A stretch of 64,000 nt of DNA from Prevotella sp. CAG:617. GTDB lineage: Bacteria; Bacteroidota; Bacteroidia; Bacteroidales; Bacteroidaceae. How positions within the stretch are numbered: position 1 is the first letter of the stretch; every line of letters starts with the position of its first letter. Both the position numbers and the translations under genes were made by a program. The stretch covers positions 34,815 through 98,814 of the forward strand of contig FR903596.1 in the NCBI GenBank assembly GCA_000438115.1. Reading direction: 5' to 3'. Of the stretch, positions 20,554 through 30,546 are shown piece after piece. Under the pieces are notes generated by a model, which did no database searches, was not told the origin of the DNA, and saw nothing but the letters and a program-made list of their open reading frames with translations.

Positions 20554-21306
20554 TTATTCGTCGGTATTTTTTGGCAGTGCATCAAGCGCATCCTGAGCAG
20601 ACAGAATGTTTGTATTGATCGTGTCAGCATGAATCTTTCCGTCTTTTAGAATGATATTTCGACTGCTATACGACGAAAGTTCTGGATTATGAGTTACAAA
20701 TATAATGGTTCTTCCGCTTTTATGCAATTTTTGGAATAGAACAAGTATTTCCAGTGAAGTTCGGGTATCCAGATTTCCTGTAGCCTCATCGGCAAGAATG
20801 ACGGCTGGATTGTTAACTAATGCCCGGGCAATGGCTACGCGTTGCATTTGTCCGCCTGACATTTGGTTGGATTTATGATAGAGCCGATTGCCCAGACCAA
20901 CTTGTTTGAGTGCTTCGATGGCGCGTTGCTTGCGCTCCTGAGCTGAGACGGAAGAGTTGTACATCAGTGGAAGTTCAACGTTTTCTACTGATGTGGTCTT
21001 GGGTAGCAGATTGTAGTTCTGGAATACAAAACCAATCTTTCGGTTGCGCAATACGGCGCGTTCGCGACGCTTCATTTGCTTTACCGGTATGCCATCCAGC
21101 AGATATTCACCCGAAGTGGGGGTGTCAAGGCAGCCCAACTGGTTGAGCAATGTGGATTTGCCGGAACCAGAGGTACCCATGATGGTTACAAATTCACCTT
21201 CGTAAATCTTGAAGGACACTCCGCGCAAGGCATGTACGACTTCGTCACCCACCAGGAAGTTTCGTTTAACGTTCTGGAGTTCGATGATTACTCTTTTAGT
21301 ATCCAT
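20554..21306 (-). CDS. ABC transporter ATP-binding protein (MacB/LolD-like)
   Basis: Walker [28 protein letters not shown] signature, Walker [12 protein letters not shown]. Confidence 0.92.
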   Translation of the reverse strand: MDTKRVIIELQNVKRNFLVGDEVVHALRGVSFKIYEGEFVTIMGTSGSGKSTLLNQLGCLDTPTSGEYLLDGIPVKQMKRRERAVLRNRKIGFVFQNYNLLPKTTSVENVELPLMYNSSVSAQERKQRAIEALKQVGLGNRLYHKSNQMSGGQMQRVAIARALVNNPAVILADEATGNLDTRTSLEILVLFQKLHKSGRTIIFVTHNPELSSYSSRNIILKDGKIHADTINTNILSAQDALDALPKNTDE

Positions 21307-21314
21307 AATCGTCT

Positions 21315-22508
21315 TTATTTTCCTTTCTGTTCTTTTTTGGGAGGTCCGGGAGCAAATGGGTTCTGTTCGTCCTGACTTGCCGTAGATTCTGTTTCTTCTT
21401 CTGCGGCTTTCATGTCGACAATAACTTTCTGGCCTGCTGCAATGCCGCTTTTTATTTCTGTACGAATGCCGTCTGTTATGCCGATCTGTACGGCAATGGC
21501 TTTAAACGTGCGACCGTCTTTTATCCATACTTTCTGGCTTCCTTTGCAGTCTACGATTTTGTCTTTAGGGCCAATGGTCTCTTTAGTCGGGGTAAATTTG
21601 AGTGCCTTGGTCGGCACGCTCAGAACGTTGGTGCGTTCTAAGGTATATATGGTGACGTTGGCTGTAAGTCCCGGTTTAAGTTTCAGGTCGGGGTTGGGGG
21701 CTGAAATGGCCACTTCGTAAGTTACCACATTGTCTGTGGTTGTAGCGTTTTGGCGAACTTGGGTCACGATGCCGTCAAAGGTCTCGTTGGGGTAGGCGTC
21801 TACGGTAAAGCTGACGCGCTGTCCTTCTTTTACACCACCAATGTCGGCTTCGTCAACATCGGCAATAACACGCATGTCTGTCAGGTCTTTGGCGATGGTA
21901 AAAAGAGTAGGCGTTTCGAAACTTGAAGCTACGGTTTGTCCTTCTTCAACGTCCTTGCTGATTACTACGCCGTCAATGGGTGAGGTAATGGTAGCATAGT
22001 TCAGGTTGGTTTGTGCCTTGTTTACGCTTTCTTCCTGATAGAGGCAGGTCTGTTTGGCTTTGAGCAAGGCCAGGCGGGCTGTGTCGTACTCGTCTGCGCT
22101 GACCATGCCTTTTTCATACAGATTCTTGACGCGTTTGTAATTGGCTTCCTGATAAGCCAAGTCGCTCTTGGCACTGGCCAGTTGGCTTTTTGCACTGTTG
22201 AGTTCGCTTAGCAGATTGGTACGGTCGAGCAAGGCAATGACCTGTCCCTTGTGTACTACCGAATTGTAATCAACGAGAATTTTGTCGATGATACCGGATA
22301 CTTGAGTACCCACTTCTACTTCCGTAACCGGTTCGATGCTGCCGGTAGCGCTGATGCTTGTTCGAATTGTGTCACGGCTGACTGCCGCTGTTTCGTAGGA
22401 AACGTCAAAAGGCTGTTCGTTACGTTTGACTACGATGAAGATGCTCAGGATAATGATAAGGAGGATTATCGTACCGATTATCCATTTTTTACGTGTTTTC
22501 TTGTTCAT
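21315..22508 (-). CDS. Efflux periplasmic adaptor subunit (HlyD/MacA family)
   Basis: N-terminal TM anchor, coiled-coil hairpin, lipoyl and beta-barrel segments; 397 aa. Confidence 0.85.
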   Translation of the reverse strand: MNKKTRKKWIIGTIILLIIILSIFIVVKRNEQPFDVSYETAAVSRDTIRTSISATGSIEPVTEVEVGTQVSGIIDKILVDYNSVVHKGQVIALLDRTNLLSELNSAKSQLASAKSDLAYQEANYKRVKNLYEKGMVSADEYDTARLALLKAKQTCLYQEESVNKAQTNLNYATITSPIDGVVISKDVEEGQTVASSFETPTLFTIAKDLTDMRVIADVDEADIGGVKEGQRVSFTVDAYPNETFDGIVTQVRQNATTTDNVVTYEVAISAPNPDLKLKPGLTANVTIYTLERTNVLSVPTKALKFTPTKETIGPKDKIVDCKGSQKVWIKDGRTFKAIAVQIGITDGIRTEIKSGIAAGQKVIVDMKAAEEETESTASQDEQNPFAPGPPKKEQKGK

Positions 22509-22517
22509 GTCAGTATG

Positions 22518-23861
22518 TTAAAATGAAAGTTTCTCGTTTTGGTAAAATTTCAGAAGTGTAATGTTCAGCAATGTCGTGTATTGGCTCTGCAGCATCGTCT
22601 GTTCGGCTGAAAGCAGGCTGGTTCGGCTTTCCAGTACCTGAGCAATGTTTTGCTTGCCTTCCTTGAATTGTTCGCTGACGAGTTCGTAACTGGTCCGCTG
22701 ACTTTTAACCTGGCTTTTTGAGGCTTCATATTTTTGTTTGTTGTTGGTAGCTTCCAGCCAATAGCTTTCTATGGTATTGCGCAGATTGAGCTGATTGTCC
22801 TTCAGGTCGAGCTGACTGCTGAGCTGATTTATTTTTGCTTTTTCAAGAGTCGTTTTTCGTTTGCGGTTGTCAAAAATGGGGATGGAAATATTTACGCCGA
22901 TCTGTCCGTCAAAGTTGTCGCGCAACTGGTTCCCGATGTTTTGTCCCGTTCCTGTCATATGGCTGTCAGACAGCCCCGCAGTCAGGCTGATGGTAGGAGA
23001 GTAGGCGCCTTTGGCAATTTTGACGTCAAGGTCACTTTGTTCAATGGCCAGCTGGCTGCTCTTTATTTCCGGACGTGAAACCAGTGCTGCCTGATAAACG
23101 TTGTCGATGGTCGGTATGTAATTGATGAGTTGTGAATCCAGAGCTTCCGGCGTCTGGATGTTGAAATCTACCGTGTCGGAGAGTTGCAGCAGTTGTCGGA
23201 GCTGCATCTTGTATGACGCAATTTGTGTGCGTGAATTTACGACGTCGTATTTGCCGTTGTCAACCTGTGCCTGCAGTTGGGCTACGTCTGCTTGAGTGGC
23301 TTTTCCGTTGCGCAGCAGTTCCTGTCCGCGACGTAGCAGTTGCTCGTCGTTTTCAAGTAGTTTTTCATTGGTCTTTACGGCTTCTTGTGTGTAGAGTATC
23401 TGAACGTAAAGTTGGGCAATTTGTTCCTGAATGGAATTGGCTGTCTGTTGGGTTTGCAGACTGGCTATTTGTTCCGAAATCTGACTGCTTTTAATGGTGT
23501 TTCGGTTTTGATTGCCGTTCCAAATTGTCCATGATGCGTTTACACCATAGTTTCCGTTGGCAATTGTGTTGTTTGATGTGCTTGAGGTTACGCTTCCGTT
23601 AACAAAGCTACCTCCTTGTTTCTGAAACGGACGGTAGGCTACTGCTTCCGACAGGCTGGCTGAAAGGCTTGGCAAAAGTGCAGCTTTTGATTCAGCTGTA
23701 GTTTGCTGTGAGGTTTTTTCCGAAAGTCGGTTTTTCTGAATCTGGATGTTGTGTTGCAGGGCATGGTCAATGCAGTCTTGTAGTGTCCAATTGCCATTGG
23801 CCTGTGCCGTAAACAGGCAAGTAAGCAATAGCCCGCCGATACTGATTTTTCTTTTTATCAT
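22518..23861 (-). CDS. TolC-family outer membrane efflux protein
   Basis: Signal peptide, two repeated coiled-coil/beta-barrel halves, 447 aa, first gene of the operon. Confidence 0.82.
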   Translation of the reverse strand: MIKRKISIGGLLLTCLFTAQANGNWTLQDCIDHALQHNIQIQKNRLSEKTSQQTTAESKAALLPSLSASLSEAVAYRPFQKQGGSFVNGSVTSSTSNNTIANGNYGVNASWTIWNGNQNRNTIKSSQISEQIASLQTQQTANSIQEQIAQLYVQILYTQEAVKTNEKLLENDEQLLRRGQELLRNGKATQADVAQLQAQVDNGKYDVVNSRTQIASYKMQLRQLLQLSDTVDFNIQTPEALDSQLINYIPTIDNVYQAALVSRPEIKSSQLAIEQSDLDVKIAKGAYSPTISLTAGLSDSHMTGTGQNIGNQLRDNFDGQIGVNISIPIFDNRKRKTTLEKAKINQLSSQLDLKDNQLNLRNTIESYWLEATNNKQKYEASKSQVKSQRTSYELVSEQFKEGKQNIAQVLESRTSLLSAEQTMLQSQYTTLLNITLLKFYQNEKLSF

Positions 23862-24139
23862 AAGCTAAGTAATATTGTTCTGAAAGCAAAATTAATGTGT
23901 TCCATATTGAAACACACCAGGCTGAAACCCCTTTTTTAAGGGCATATAGACGGATGGGGATTTTTTATCGACTAATTTGCAGCACGGATTAGTCGACAGT
24001 ACGGTATGACGTAAAAAAGTAAGTGCGGGGATGTGGAATTCAGGTGGGATTTTAGAAAAACAAGGTGCCGGGAAAAAATAATAAAACGGCATCTTGTCTT
24101 TCCAAAATCATGAGATATGAAGCTGTGTTTCTGTTTTTC

Positions 24140-27100
24140 CTAACGTAAAGTAAAAACAGAATGTTCCTTTATATAATGAGCATAGATAGGGTTTTGTTGC
24201 AACAGTTCCTTTTGTCCGAACATAAAGCATTGCCGGCGCGCACGGGTCAGGGCAACATTAAGTTTACGGTCAATCAGCATGCCGTCAATCTGTTGCAGGT
24301 TCGAAAGCAGTTCAAGTTGGTACGGGCGGCTGATTGTGGTGCCGAATAATATGATTTCGCGTTGGCTGCCCTGATAGCACTCTACGGTGTCAATGGTAAT
24401 ATCCTGGAGTTCAGGATGTAGGGCAAACAGTGACCGAACCAAGGCTATCTGATTACGGAAAGGAACAATGATTCCGATTTGATTGGGTTTCAGGTCTTTT
24501 CCGCTGTCGTGATACACTTGCAGCAGGGCGCTTACAACCCGCAGCAGGGCATGCGCCTCAGACGGGTTGGCTTTGTAGCTGTGGCTTGTCGGTGATGGAG
24601 GCGTGATGTCAATGAAACCGGTACGTTGTCGGGCCAGAAAGTTGTGTAGCGGCGTGTCCGTGCTGCAGTGTAGCCCGAGTGCTTCCGTCTGATGCGGTAG
24701 CGGTACGGCCGACAGCGCGCCTGCATAGAAATAACGGTTGGCAAAACGACTTATGTCAGGGTGCATGCGTCCCTGTGTCCGGACTTGTCCGAAAAAAGAT
24801 TCTTGATGGTCGCGTTTTACCTGGCGCAGCAGTCGCTGAAATAATGAATGACCCAGATTCTCAATGCCTATTTCTTTCAGTACGGAATCTCGGGTGACGC
24901 AATCCTTTTCGGGCTGGCTTACTACGGCGGGAAGTTGTTTCTCGTCGCCGATAAAGATGAATTTGTCAATGGCCGTGTTTCCGTTACGATGTTGTCCGAA
25001 GAGCAAAGGAGCCAGCTGGGGCTCAAGCAGTTGTGAGGCTTCGTCTACGATAGCTGTGCGGAAATGCTTGAGCTGGAAGAGATCGGCATTTCCGCCAATT
25101 GTGGCAACAGTGCCCACAATGATGTGGGTTTGTTCAAGCCGCTGCCGGATGTCCTGTCGACGGCGTAATGGCTTAAACTTTTCTTCAAGCAGGTCGGAGT
25201 GATATTGGGGAGCAGTAGCCCATCGGTTGCCGAGCCGTATGAATTCGGGAACCGGAGTGATATCCTTTAGCATCGCGCATATTTCGTCAACAGCCCGGTT
25301 GGTGTAAGCCGTCAGCAATAGGTTTTCATCCGGATATGACGCTACGAATTCTTCAACCATAGCCCGCAGCATGATGCTTGTTTTTCCACATCCGGGAGGG
25401 CCCGAAAGCAAATAAAAGTCGGATGCCTGTTTGGCCCGAAGCAGAATCTGGTCTGTTGATTCAGAACCATATGAGCGCGTCAGGGTCAGGCGCTCGTCGC
25501 GTTCAGGCTGCCGCTGGTTCATAAAAAGTGCCAGCCGGCGGGTGGGAGCCGTAAGCAGGCGGAAAAGTCCGCGGTAGCAAGTGTTGAAAGTGGCATCCGT
25601 GTAGTCATGTTCAATGGCATACGGGCGCAGGTCGGTAAAAAAGTGGGCACTGCGTTGGGTGCTGTTCAGTATCAGGGTCAGTGAATCCTTGGTCAGGTCA
25701 ACAAGTATGGCGCGTATGGTTTCAGTCTGTTGCACATTGGGCGCTTCTCCGGTTCGGGTAATGGGGTAGAGCTGCACCATTTCTCCGATATTGAAATTGG
25801 GCAGTATGGCCGTGTTCCCGGTGAATGAGAAAATGATACGTATGGTGTCGTCCTGATTAAGGATGGATTTCAGCTGCAATGGAGCGATGATGTCGCCGTT
25901 GTCCTTGCGTGTTGTGTAGTCTGTGTTCCACACGTTGGCGAAACCACGGTTTGAGTCCGGACGGTTGTCGCCTGTCTTTGCAATGAACTGTTCGCGGCTG
26001 ATAAAAGAGAAAAATGCGGAAAAATAGTGCCCCACGGGAGTACCCGACTGTTGCAGAGGGGTAATGATTGCTTCCAGCTCCGGCTTAAGATATTGATGAA
26101 AAAGTTTTCCGTCCAGTTTGTTGGTGTTGATGACGTCAATTGACATATGGCTTTGGATTTGAGGCCATAATCCTTTTCGTATGTTTTGTTCCTGGTATAC
26201 GATTTGGTTGCGTAGGGTCATCAGGTTACGTAATTCTTGTGTGCTGACTCGCTCATCATACAGGTACGGATATTTGCTGTAAAGCAGAAATGTGCGGATT
26301 TTTGTACGGGAGAGGTTAAGGTTGTAGTGTACAATTTCTTTATAGAGGGCCATCTGCAATACATGTGTACGGCGGGGACGGTGGTTGTATTCATCTATTT
26401 TCCCGCTTTTCAGCTCAATGATGCAGGTGTGATCGTCGCTCATCATGTCAAGGCGTCCGCGTAAACCGAGGGCGGGACACACAAATGAAGGTTCCAGTAG
26501 CAGATGTGCTGTATCAATGTGTATGTCGGCCTGTCGGAACGTGTTGTTGAGCGTTTCTGCAATGTGGTCAAAATGCTGGTGGGCTTCGTTAAAGAATTTG
26601 GCATTTACTTGGGTAGAGCAACTCAGGTAGCCTAAGATGTTGTTATGGAAAGCATTTTGAATAGCTTCTTCGAAAAGATGCTGATTGGGCGTGTCGGTAT
26701 GGTGCAGACAAGTGTCAACAAATTGGTTGGTGGCGTCACCCAGCAGTTGCGGAGTATGGGTAGTTCGGGGGCGGAACTTGTTGATCAGATAGTTGTATGG
26801 GTGGTGGCCGTAAGGTCGCAGACATGCAGTCAGGGAAGTCACGTCAATCAGAAAATCCGGTTCGTAGATGATGTAAAGTGGATGTAGAATTTGCTCTTCG
26901 TCCGCAATCGTATCAATCAGATTCAGTGTTGTTCCGGGGGAAAGCCATGTTGACATTTCAGGGAAATCATTCAGAGCAACGCGTTGGGCCGGTTCAGAGT
27001 TGCGGGCTGAATGAACAAGAAGGTGGTCCGTATGAACAGCTTCTACATTTACCCTCATGATTCGCTCTGTGGAGGTGTGCGAGTGTGGAGTTGATGTGGC

Positions 27101-27463
27101 TGCGCATTGTTGTAGCAGATTCAGGGGAATGCCAGTTGTTGAAAAGTGGTTGATGAATAAAGCCAGGGCATATTCATCTTCTTGCAAACCGTGGGTTGTC
27201 GGCTTTTCCTGAAGATTCAGAATGGCATGGGCATGGCGCCTGAAAGCGTCAATATGGCGTATGTTAAAATGAAATTCACGGCCTATGGCCTGCAAACGTG
27301 AAAACAGACTGGTAAATTCAGCATGAAAATCCTGGGAAAGTTCCGAACAGGCTCTTTTGAAAAGTGCCTGATATGCCGCATATTTTTGCAGAAGCGAGCA
27401 GGAGGCTTGTCGTGTTATCAGAAATTCCTGTGCATAATTATTGGACAGCATTTTGTAGCTCAT
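24140..27463 (-). CDS. Large multidomain PD-(D/E)xK nuclease + SF1B (Dna2/Upf1-like) helicase fusion protein
   Basis: 1107 aa. RecB-family nuclease motifs sit around aa 320-390: LLLEPSF, GLRGRLDMM (motif II Asp), IIELKSGK (ExK) and HVLQMALY (QxxxY). SF1 helicase motifs sit at aa 690-1100: LLSGPPGCGKTS (Walker A), IVDEASQ, GDEKQLPAVV, VECYQGSQREIILF and LNVALTRARR. It overlaps the upstream MltF-like gene by 26 nt. Confidence 0.8.
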   Translation of the reverse strand: MSYKMLSNNYAQEFLITRQASCSLLQKYAAYQALFKRACSELSQDFHAEFTSLFSRLQAIGREFHFNIRHIDAFRRHAHAILNLQEKPTTHGLQEDEYALALFINHFSTTGIPLNLLQQCAATSTPHSHTSTERIMRVNVEAVHTDHLLVHSARNSEPAQRVALNDFPEMSTWLSPGTTLNLIDTIADEEQILHPLYIIYEPDFLIDVTSLTACLRPYGHHPYNYLINKFRPRTTHTPQLLGDATNQFVDTCLHHTDTPNQHLFEEAIQNAFHNNILGYLSCSTQVNAKFFNEAHQHFDHIAETLNNTFRQADIHIDTAHLLLEPSFVCPALGLRGRLDMMSDDHTCIIELKSGKIDEYNHRPRRTHVLQMALYKEIVHYNLNLSRTKIRTFLLYSKYPYLYDERVSTQELRNLMTLRNQIVYQEQNIRKGLWPQIQSHMSIDVINTNKLDGKLFHQYLKPELEAIITPLQQSGTPVGHYFSAFFSFISREQFIAKTGDNRPDSNRGFANVWNTDYTTRKDNGDIIAPLQLKSILNQDDTIRIIFSFTGNTAILPNFNIGEMVQLYPITRTGEAPNVQQTETIRAILVDLTKDSLTLILNSTQRSAHFFTDLRPYAIEHDYTDATFNTCYRGLFRLLTAPTRRLALFMNQRQPERDERLTLTRSYGSESTDQILLRAKQASDFYLLSGPPGCGKTSIMLRAMVEEFVASYPDENLLLTAYTNRAVDEICAMLKDITPVPEFIRLGNRWATAPQYHSDLLEEKFKPLRRRQDIRQRLEQTHIIVGTVATIGGNADLFQLKHFRTAIVDEASQLLEPQLAPLLFGQHRNGNTAIDKFIFIGDEKQLPAVVSQPEKDCVTRDSVLKEIGIENLGHSLFQRLLRQVKRDHQESFFGQVRTQGRMHPDISRFANRYFYAGALSAVPLPHQTEALGLHCSTDTPLHNFLARQRTGFIDITPPSPTSHSYKANPSEAHALLRVVSALLQVYHDSGKDLKPNQIGIIVPFRNQIALVRSLFALHPELQDITIDTVECYQGSQREIILFGTTISRPYQLELLSNLQQIDGMLIDRKLNVALTRARRQCFMFGQKELLQQNPIYAHYIKEHSVFTLR

Positions 27464-28655
27464 CTGGAGTCATAATGTGATTCTTTTTGGTGAATCGGTT
27501 GTGTTTCGTGGCTTTTACAGGTGTTGAGTGTATGTCGTTGAATCCGGCTCCTGCTTCAACCGAACCGCCATAACGTCGCCATCGCTCGGTGACGGAGTTG
27601 ACGTAGTTGTAAGTCTCAGAACCGATCATATAACCGTTTTTGACAACGGGGTCACGGTAATATTGGGGTTGTGAAAGACGCAATACGTAGGGGCCTACAT
27701 CTTTCCAGGAGGTCGGGTCGCCTCCGTATTTTCTTGTTAAAGCCATGGCGTCACGAATGTGTGCTAATCCTCCGTTATAGGCAGCCAGTACAAAATTGAT
27801 TCGTTCGGCACGGTTCCTGATGTCGTTGAAATGGTTGGAAAGAAAACGTATGTAGCGGGCTGCGGTAGCGATGTTCTCTTCCGGATTATAAAGATTTTCT
27901 GCAGAAACACCGAGTTGTCCAGCTGTGGAAGGCATAATTTGCATGAGCCCACGAGCTCCGGCCCATGATACGGCCTGCGGGTCGAACCCTGATTCCTGGT
28001 AACATTGGGCAGCAACAAGGCGCCAGTCCCATCCGGTGGTGGCTGAGGCTTTTTTGAAAAGGTGGTCGTAATTTGAAATAATGCCTTTTTCGCGCGAAAG
28101 GTATGGTGCATGTACCTTACGTCGTACGTAGTCGCGTTTGGCGTAGGTGTTGCGGGCTTTTTTTTGTATGCTTTTTATATGGTCCGGCTTGTACCATTTG
28201 TTCAACGCATCAGCCAGATGCTTGGAGTCAGTGCTTACGGCCCAGGAGGTCTGTTGTTTTTTGTCGGCAGCTCCGCAAGCCAGCAAGTGGTTCTTCTTGA
28301 TGGTGCTTAGGGGCAGTTGGACACAAATGATGTCTATATCGCCGTCGTTCAGTTTGCGTATCAGATCGGCGGTGTCTTTACCTAACTCGACTTGCAGTTG
28401 TAATCCTTCTGTTTGGGCGAAGTCGGAAATAAGGGCATATTGAAGTCCGAGTTCCATGCCACGGTATTCATAGTATGTATCAGGTCCGCTAAGAGTACCG
28501 ATTATACTTTCACCTGATGAAAGCAATTGTTCATATTCGTTGGAATATGCCGGGGTGTTTTCTGCACCAAATGCAGAGTTATGCGCTTTTTTTTCTTTGC
28601 TTCCACAGGAAATCAAGAGAAAAGTTGTGAATAAAAAAACGAATAGATATTTCAA
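27438..28655 (-). CDS. MltF-like lytic murein transglycosylase lipoprotein (SBP-like N-domain + SLT domain)
   Basis: Lipoprotein signal LLISCGS; SLT catalytic motifs QCYQESGFDPQAVSWAGARGLMQIMPSTA...AYNGG. Confidence 0.85.
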   Translation of the reverse strand: MKYLFVFLFTTFLLISCGSKEKKAHNSAFGAENTPAYSNEYEQLLSSGESIIGTLSGPDTYYEYRGMELGLQYALISDFAQTEGLQLQVELGKDTADLIRKLNDGDIDIICVQLPLSTIKKNHLLACGAADKKQQTSWAVSTDSKHLADALNKWYKPDHIKSIQKKARNTYAKRDYVRRKVHAPYLSREKGIISNYDHLFKKASATTGWDWRLVAAQCYQESGFDPQAVSWAGARGLMQIMPSTAGQLGVSAENLYNPEENIATAARYIRFLSNHFNDIRNRAERINFVLAAYNGGLAHIRDAMALTRKYGGDPTSWKDVGPYVLRLSQPQYYRDPVVKNGYMIGSETYNYVNSVTERWRRYGGSVEAGAGFNDIHSTPVKATKHNRFTKKNHIMTPDELQNAVQ

Positions 28656-28747
28656 TTATTTGTAATTTTGCGAGTGGAGCTGCCTGTTCGGCAGTTTGCA
28701 TTATTGCGATTATCGCAGCAAAGTTACGAATTTAAAAGATATCCTGT

Positions 28748-29047
28748 ATGGTAAAGCATATCGTATTATTTCAATTGAAAGATGAACTGACAGCGCAAGA
28801 AAAAAATGAGATATATCTCCAGTTCAAGCAAGGCATAGAGGCACTTCCTTCTCAAATTCCATCGATTAAGCAGATATTTGTCGGACGCAATGTTAATCCG
28901 GACGAGGCTTGGGATATTTGTTTGAATGGAGATTTTGCTACTCTGGAAGAGGTTGTGGCATATGGAAAGAATCCGATCCATCTGAAGGTGTCTGTCGCAT
29001 TGAAACCTCATTTGAAAGGTCGCAGTTGTGTAGATTATGAATTTTGA
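28748..29047 (+). CDS. Dabb-family stress-responsive A/B-barrel protein
   Basis: 99 aa, MVKHIVLFQLKDELTAQEKNEIYLQF...EEVVAYGKNPIHLKV. Confidence 0.7.
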   Translation: MVKHIVLFQLKDELTAQEKNEIYLQFKQGIEALPSQIPSIKQIFVGRNVNPDEAWDICLNGDFATLEEVVAYGKNPIHLKVSVALKPHLKGRSCVDYEF

Positions 29048-29070
29048 TGACCCAATAAAAAGTCAGTATT

Positions 29071-29946
29071 ATGATATTATCCATGACGGGCTACGGAAAG
29101 TCCGAAGCAGTTTTTGAAGGAAAGAAGATTCATGTTGAGATAAAGTCGCTCAATAGCAAGAGTCTGGATTTGTCAACACGTATAGCCCCACTTTATCGGG
29201 AAAAGGAAATAGAAATCCGTAAGATGGTGGCAGCAGCCTTAGAACGCGGAAAGGTTGATATGAACGTTTGGGTGGAAAAAACGTTGCAGAGCAGTGCCTC
29301 AATTAATGAAGAGGCTGTACAGAATTATGTTCAGCAGATTCGTCAGATTAGTCAGAATTGCGGCATTAGTGAACCGCAGAATAATTGGTGGGAAGTCATG
29401 GTGCGCTTGCCGGAGACCTTACTTTCCTCACAGGTTGAAACCTTGGATGAAGCAGAATGGGAAGTCGTAAAAAAAGCAATTGAAGAGGCTTTAGACAATT
29501 TGCAGGATTTCCGTCGGCAGGAGGGAGCCGCGTTGGAGCAGAAGTTTACCCAGAAACTGGATAATATAGAATGTTTGCTTAAACAAATAGAGACATATGA
29601 AACGACCCGCGTGGCCAAAATCAAGGAACGTATTATCAGTGGGCTTTCAGAGTTGAAGGCTGTGGCTTATGATCAGAATCGTTTGGAGCAGGAACTTATT
29701 TATTATATAGAGAAGTTGGATATTAGTGAGGAGAAACAACGCTTGGCCAATCATTTGAAGTATTTTCGCGAAACTATGGCTGATGGTCATGCTCAAGGAA
29801 AGAAATTGGGATTCATCGCACAGGAGATGGGACGCGAAATCAATACCACGGGTAGCAAAAGTAATCAGGCAGAAATGCAGAACATCGTGGTGAAGATGAA
29901 AGACGAACTGGAACAAATTAAGGAACAAGTGCTGAACGCATTATAA
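29071..29946 (+). CDS. yicC: YicC/YloC-family endoribonuclease
   Basis: MILSMTGYGKSEAVFEGKKIHVEIKSLNSK...; 291 aa. Confidence 0.88.
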   Translation: MILSMTGYGKSEAVFEGKKIHVEIKSLNSKSLDLSTRIAPLYREKEIEIRKMVAAALERGKVDMNVWVEKTLQSSASINEEAVQNYVQQIRQISQNCGISEPQNNWWEVMVRLPETLLSSQVETLDEAEWEVVKKAIEEALDNLQDFRRQEGAALEQKFTQKLDNIECLLKQIETYETTRVAKIKERIISGLSELKAVAYDQNRLEQELIYYIEKLDISEEKQRLANHLKYFRETMADGHAQGKKLGFIAQEMGREINTTGSKSNQAEMQNIVVKMKDELEQIKEQVLNAL

Positions 29947-29967
29947 GGATTACTCATCAAAACAAAT

Positions 29968-30537
29968 ATGGCTCGAGGAAAGGTTATTATTTTTTCTGCT
30001 CCGAGTGGAAGCGGAAAGAGTACGATTATAAATCAAGTAATGCAAGTTGTGCCGAATTTGCATTTTTCTATTAGTGCAACCAGTCGCGCACCTCGTGGAG
30101 CGGAGCGCAATGGCGTAGAATACTTCTTTTTGTCTCCTGAAGAATTCAAACAGAAAATTGCTGCTGACGAGTTCTTGGAATATGAAGAGGTATATGCGGA
30201 CCTTTTTTATGGTACTTTGAAAGAGCAGGTAAATGAACAACTGGCTCGAGGTGAAAACGTTATTTGCGACGTTGACGTTAAAGGTGCACTTAATATTAAA
30301 CATTATTATGGTGAGGAAGCCATGAGTGTATTTGTTCAGCCGCCTTCAGTAGAAGAACTGCGTCGGCGACTGGAAGGGCGCGGAACGGATTCGGCAGAAA
30401 TGATAGAAAAACGTTTGTCACGTGCTGCTTATGAGTTGGAATTCGCTCCCCGTTTTGATTATATAGTCATTAATGATAAATTGGAAAAGGCTTGCGAAGA
30501 TACTCGACGAATTATTGAAGATTTTTTGGCAAAATAG
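29968..30537 (+). CDS. gmk: Guanylate kinase
   Basis: SAPSGSGKSTII P-loop; 189 aa. Confidence 0.93.
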   Translation: MARGKVIIFSAPSGSGKSTIINQVMQVVPNLHFSISATSRAPRGAERNGVEYFFLSPEEFKQKIAADEFLEYEEVYADLFYGTLKEQVNEQLARGENVICDVDVKGALNIKHYYGEEAMSVFVQPPSVEELRRRLEGRGTDSAEMIEKRLSRAAYELEFAPRFDYIVINDKLEKACEDTRRIIEDFLAK

Positions 30538-30546
30538 GAATTTGTT

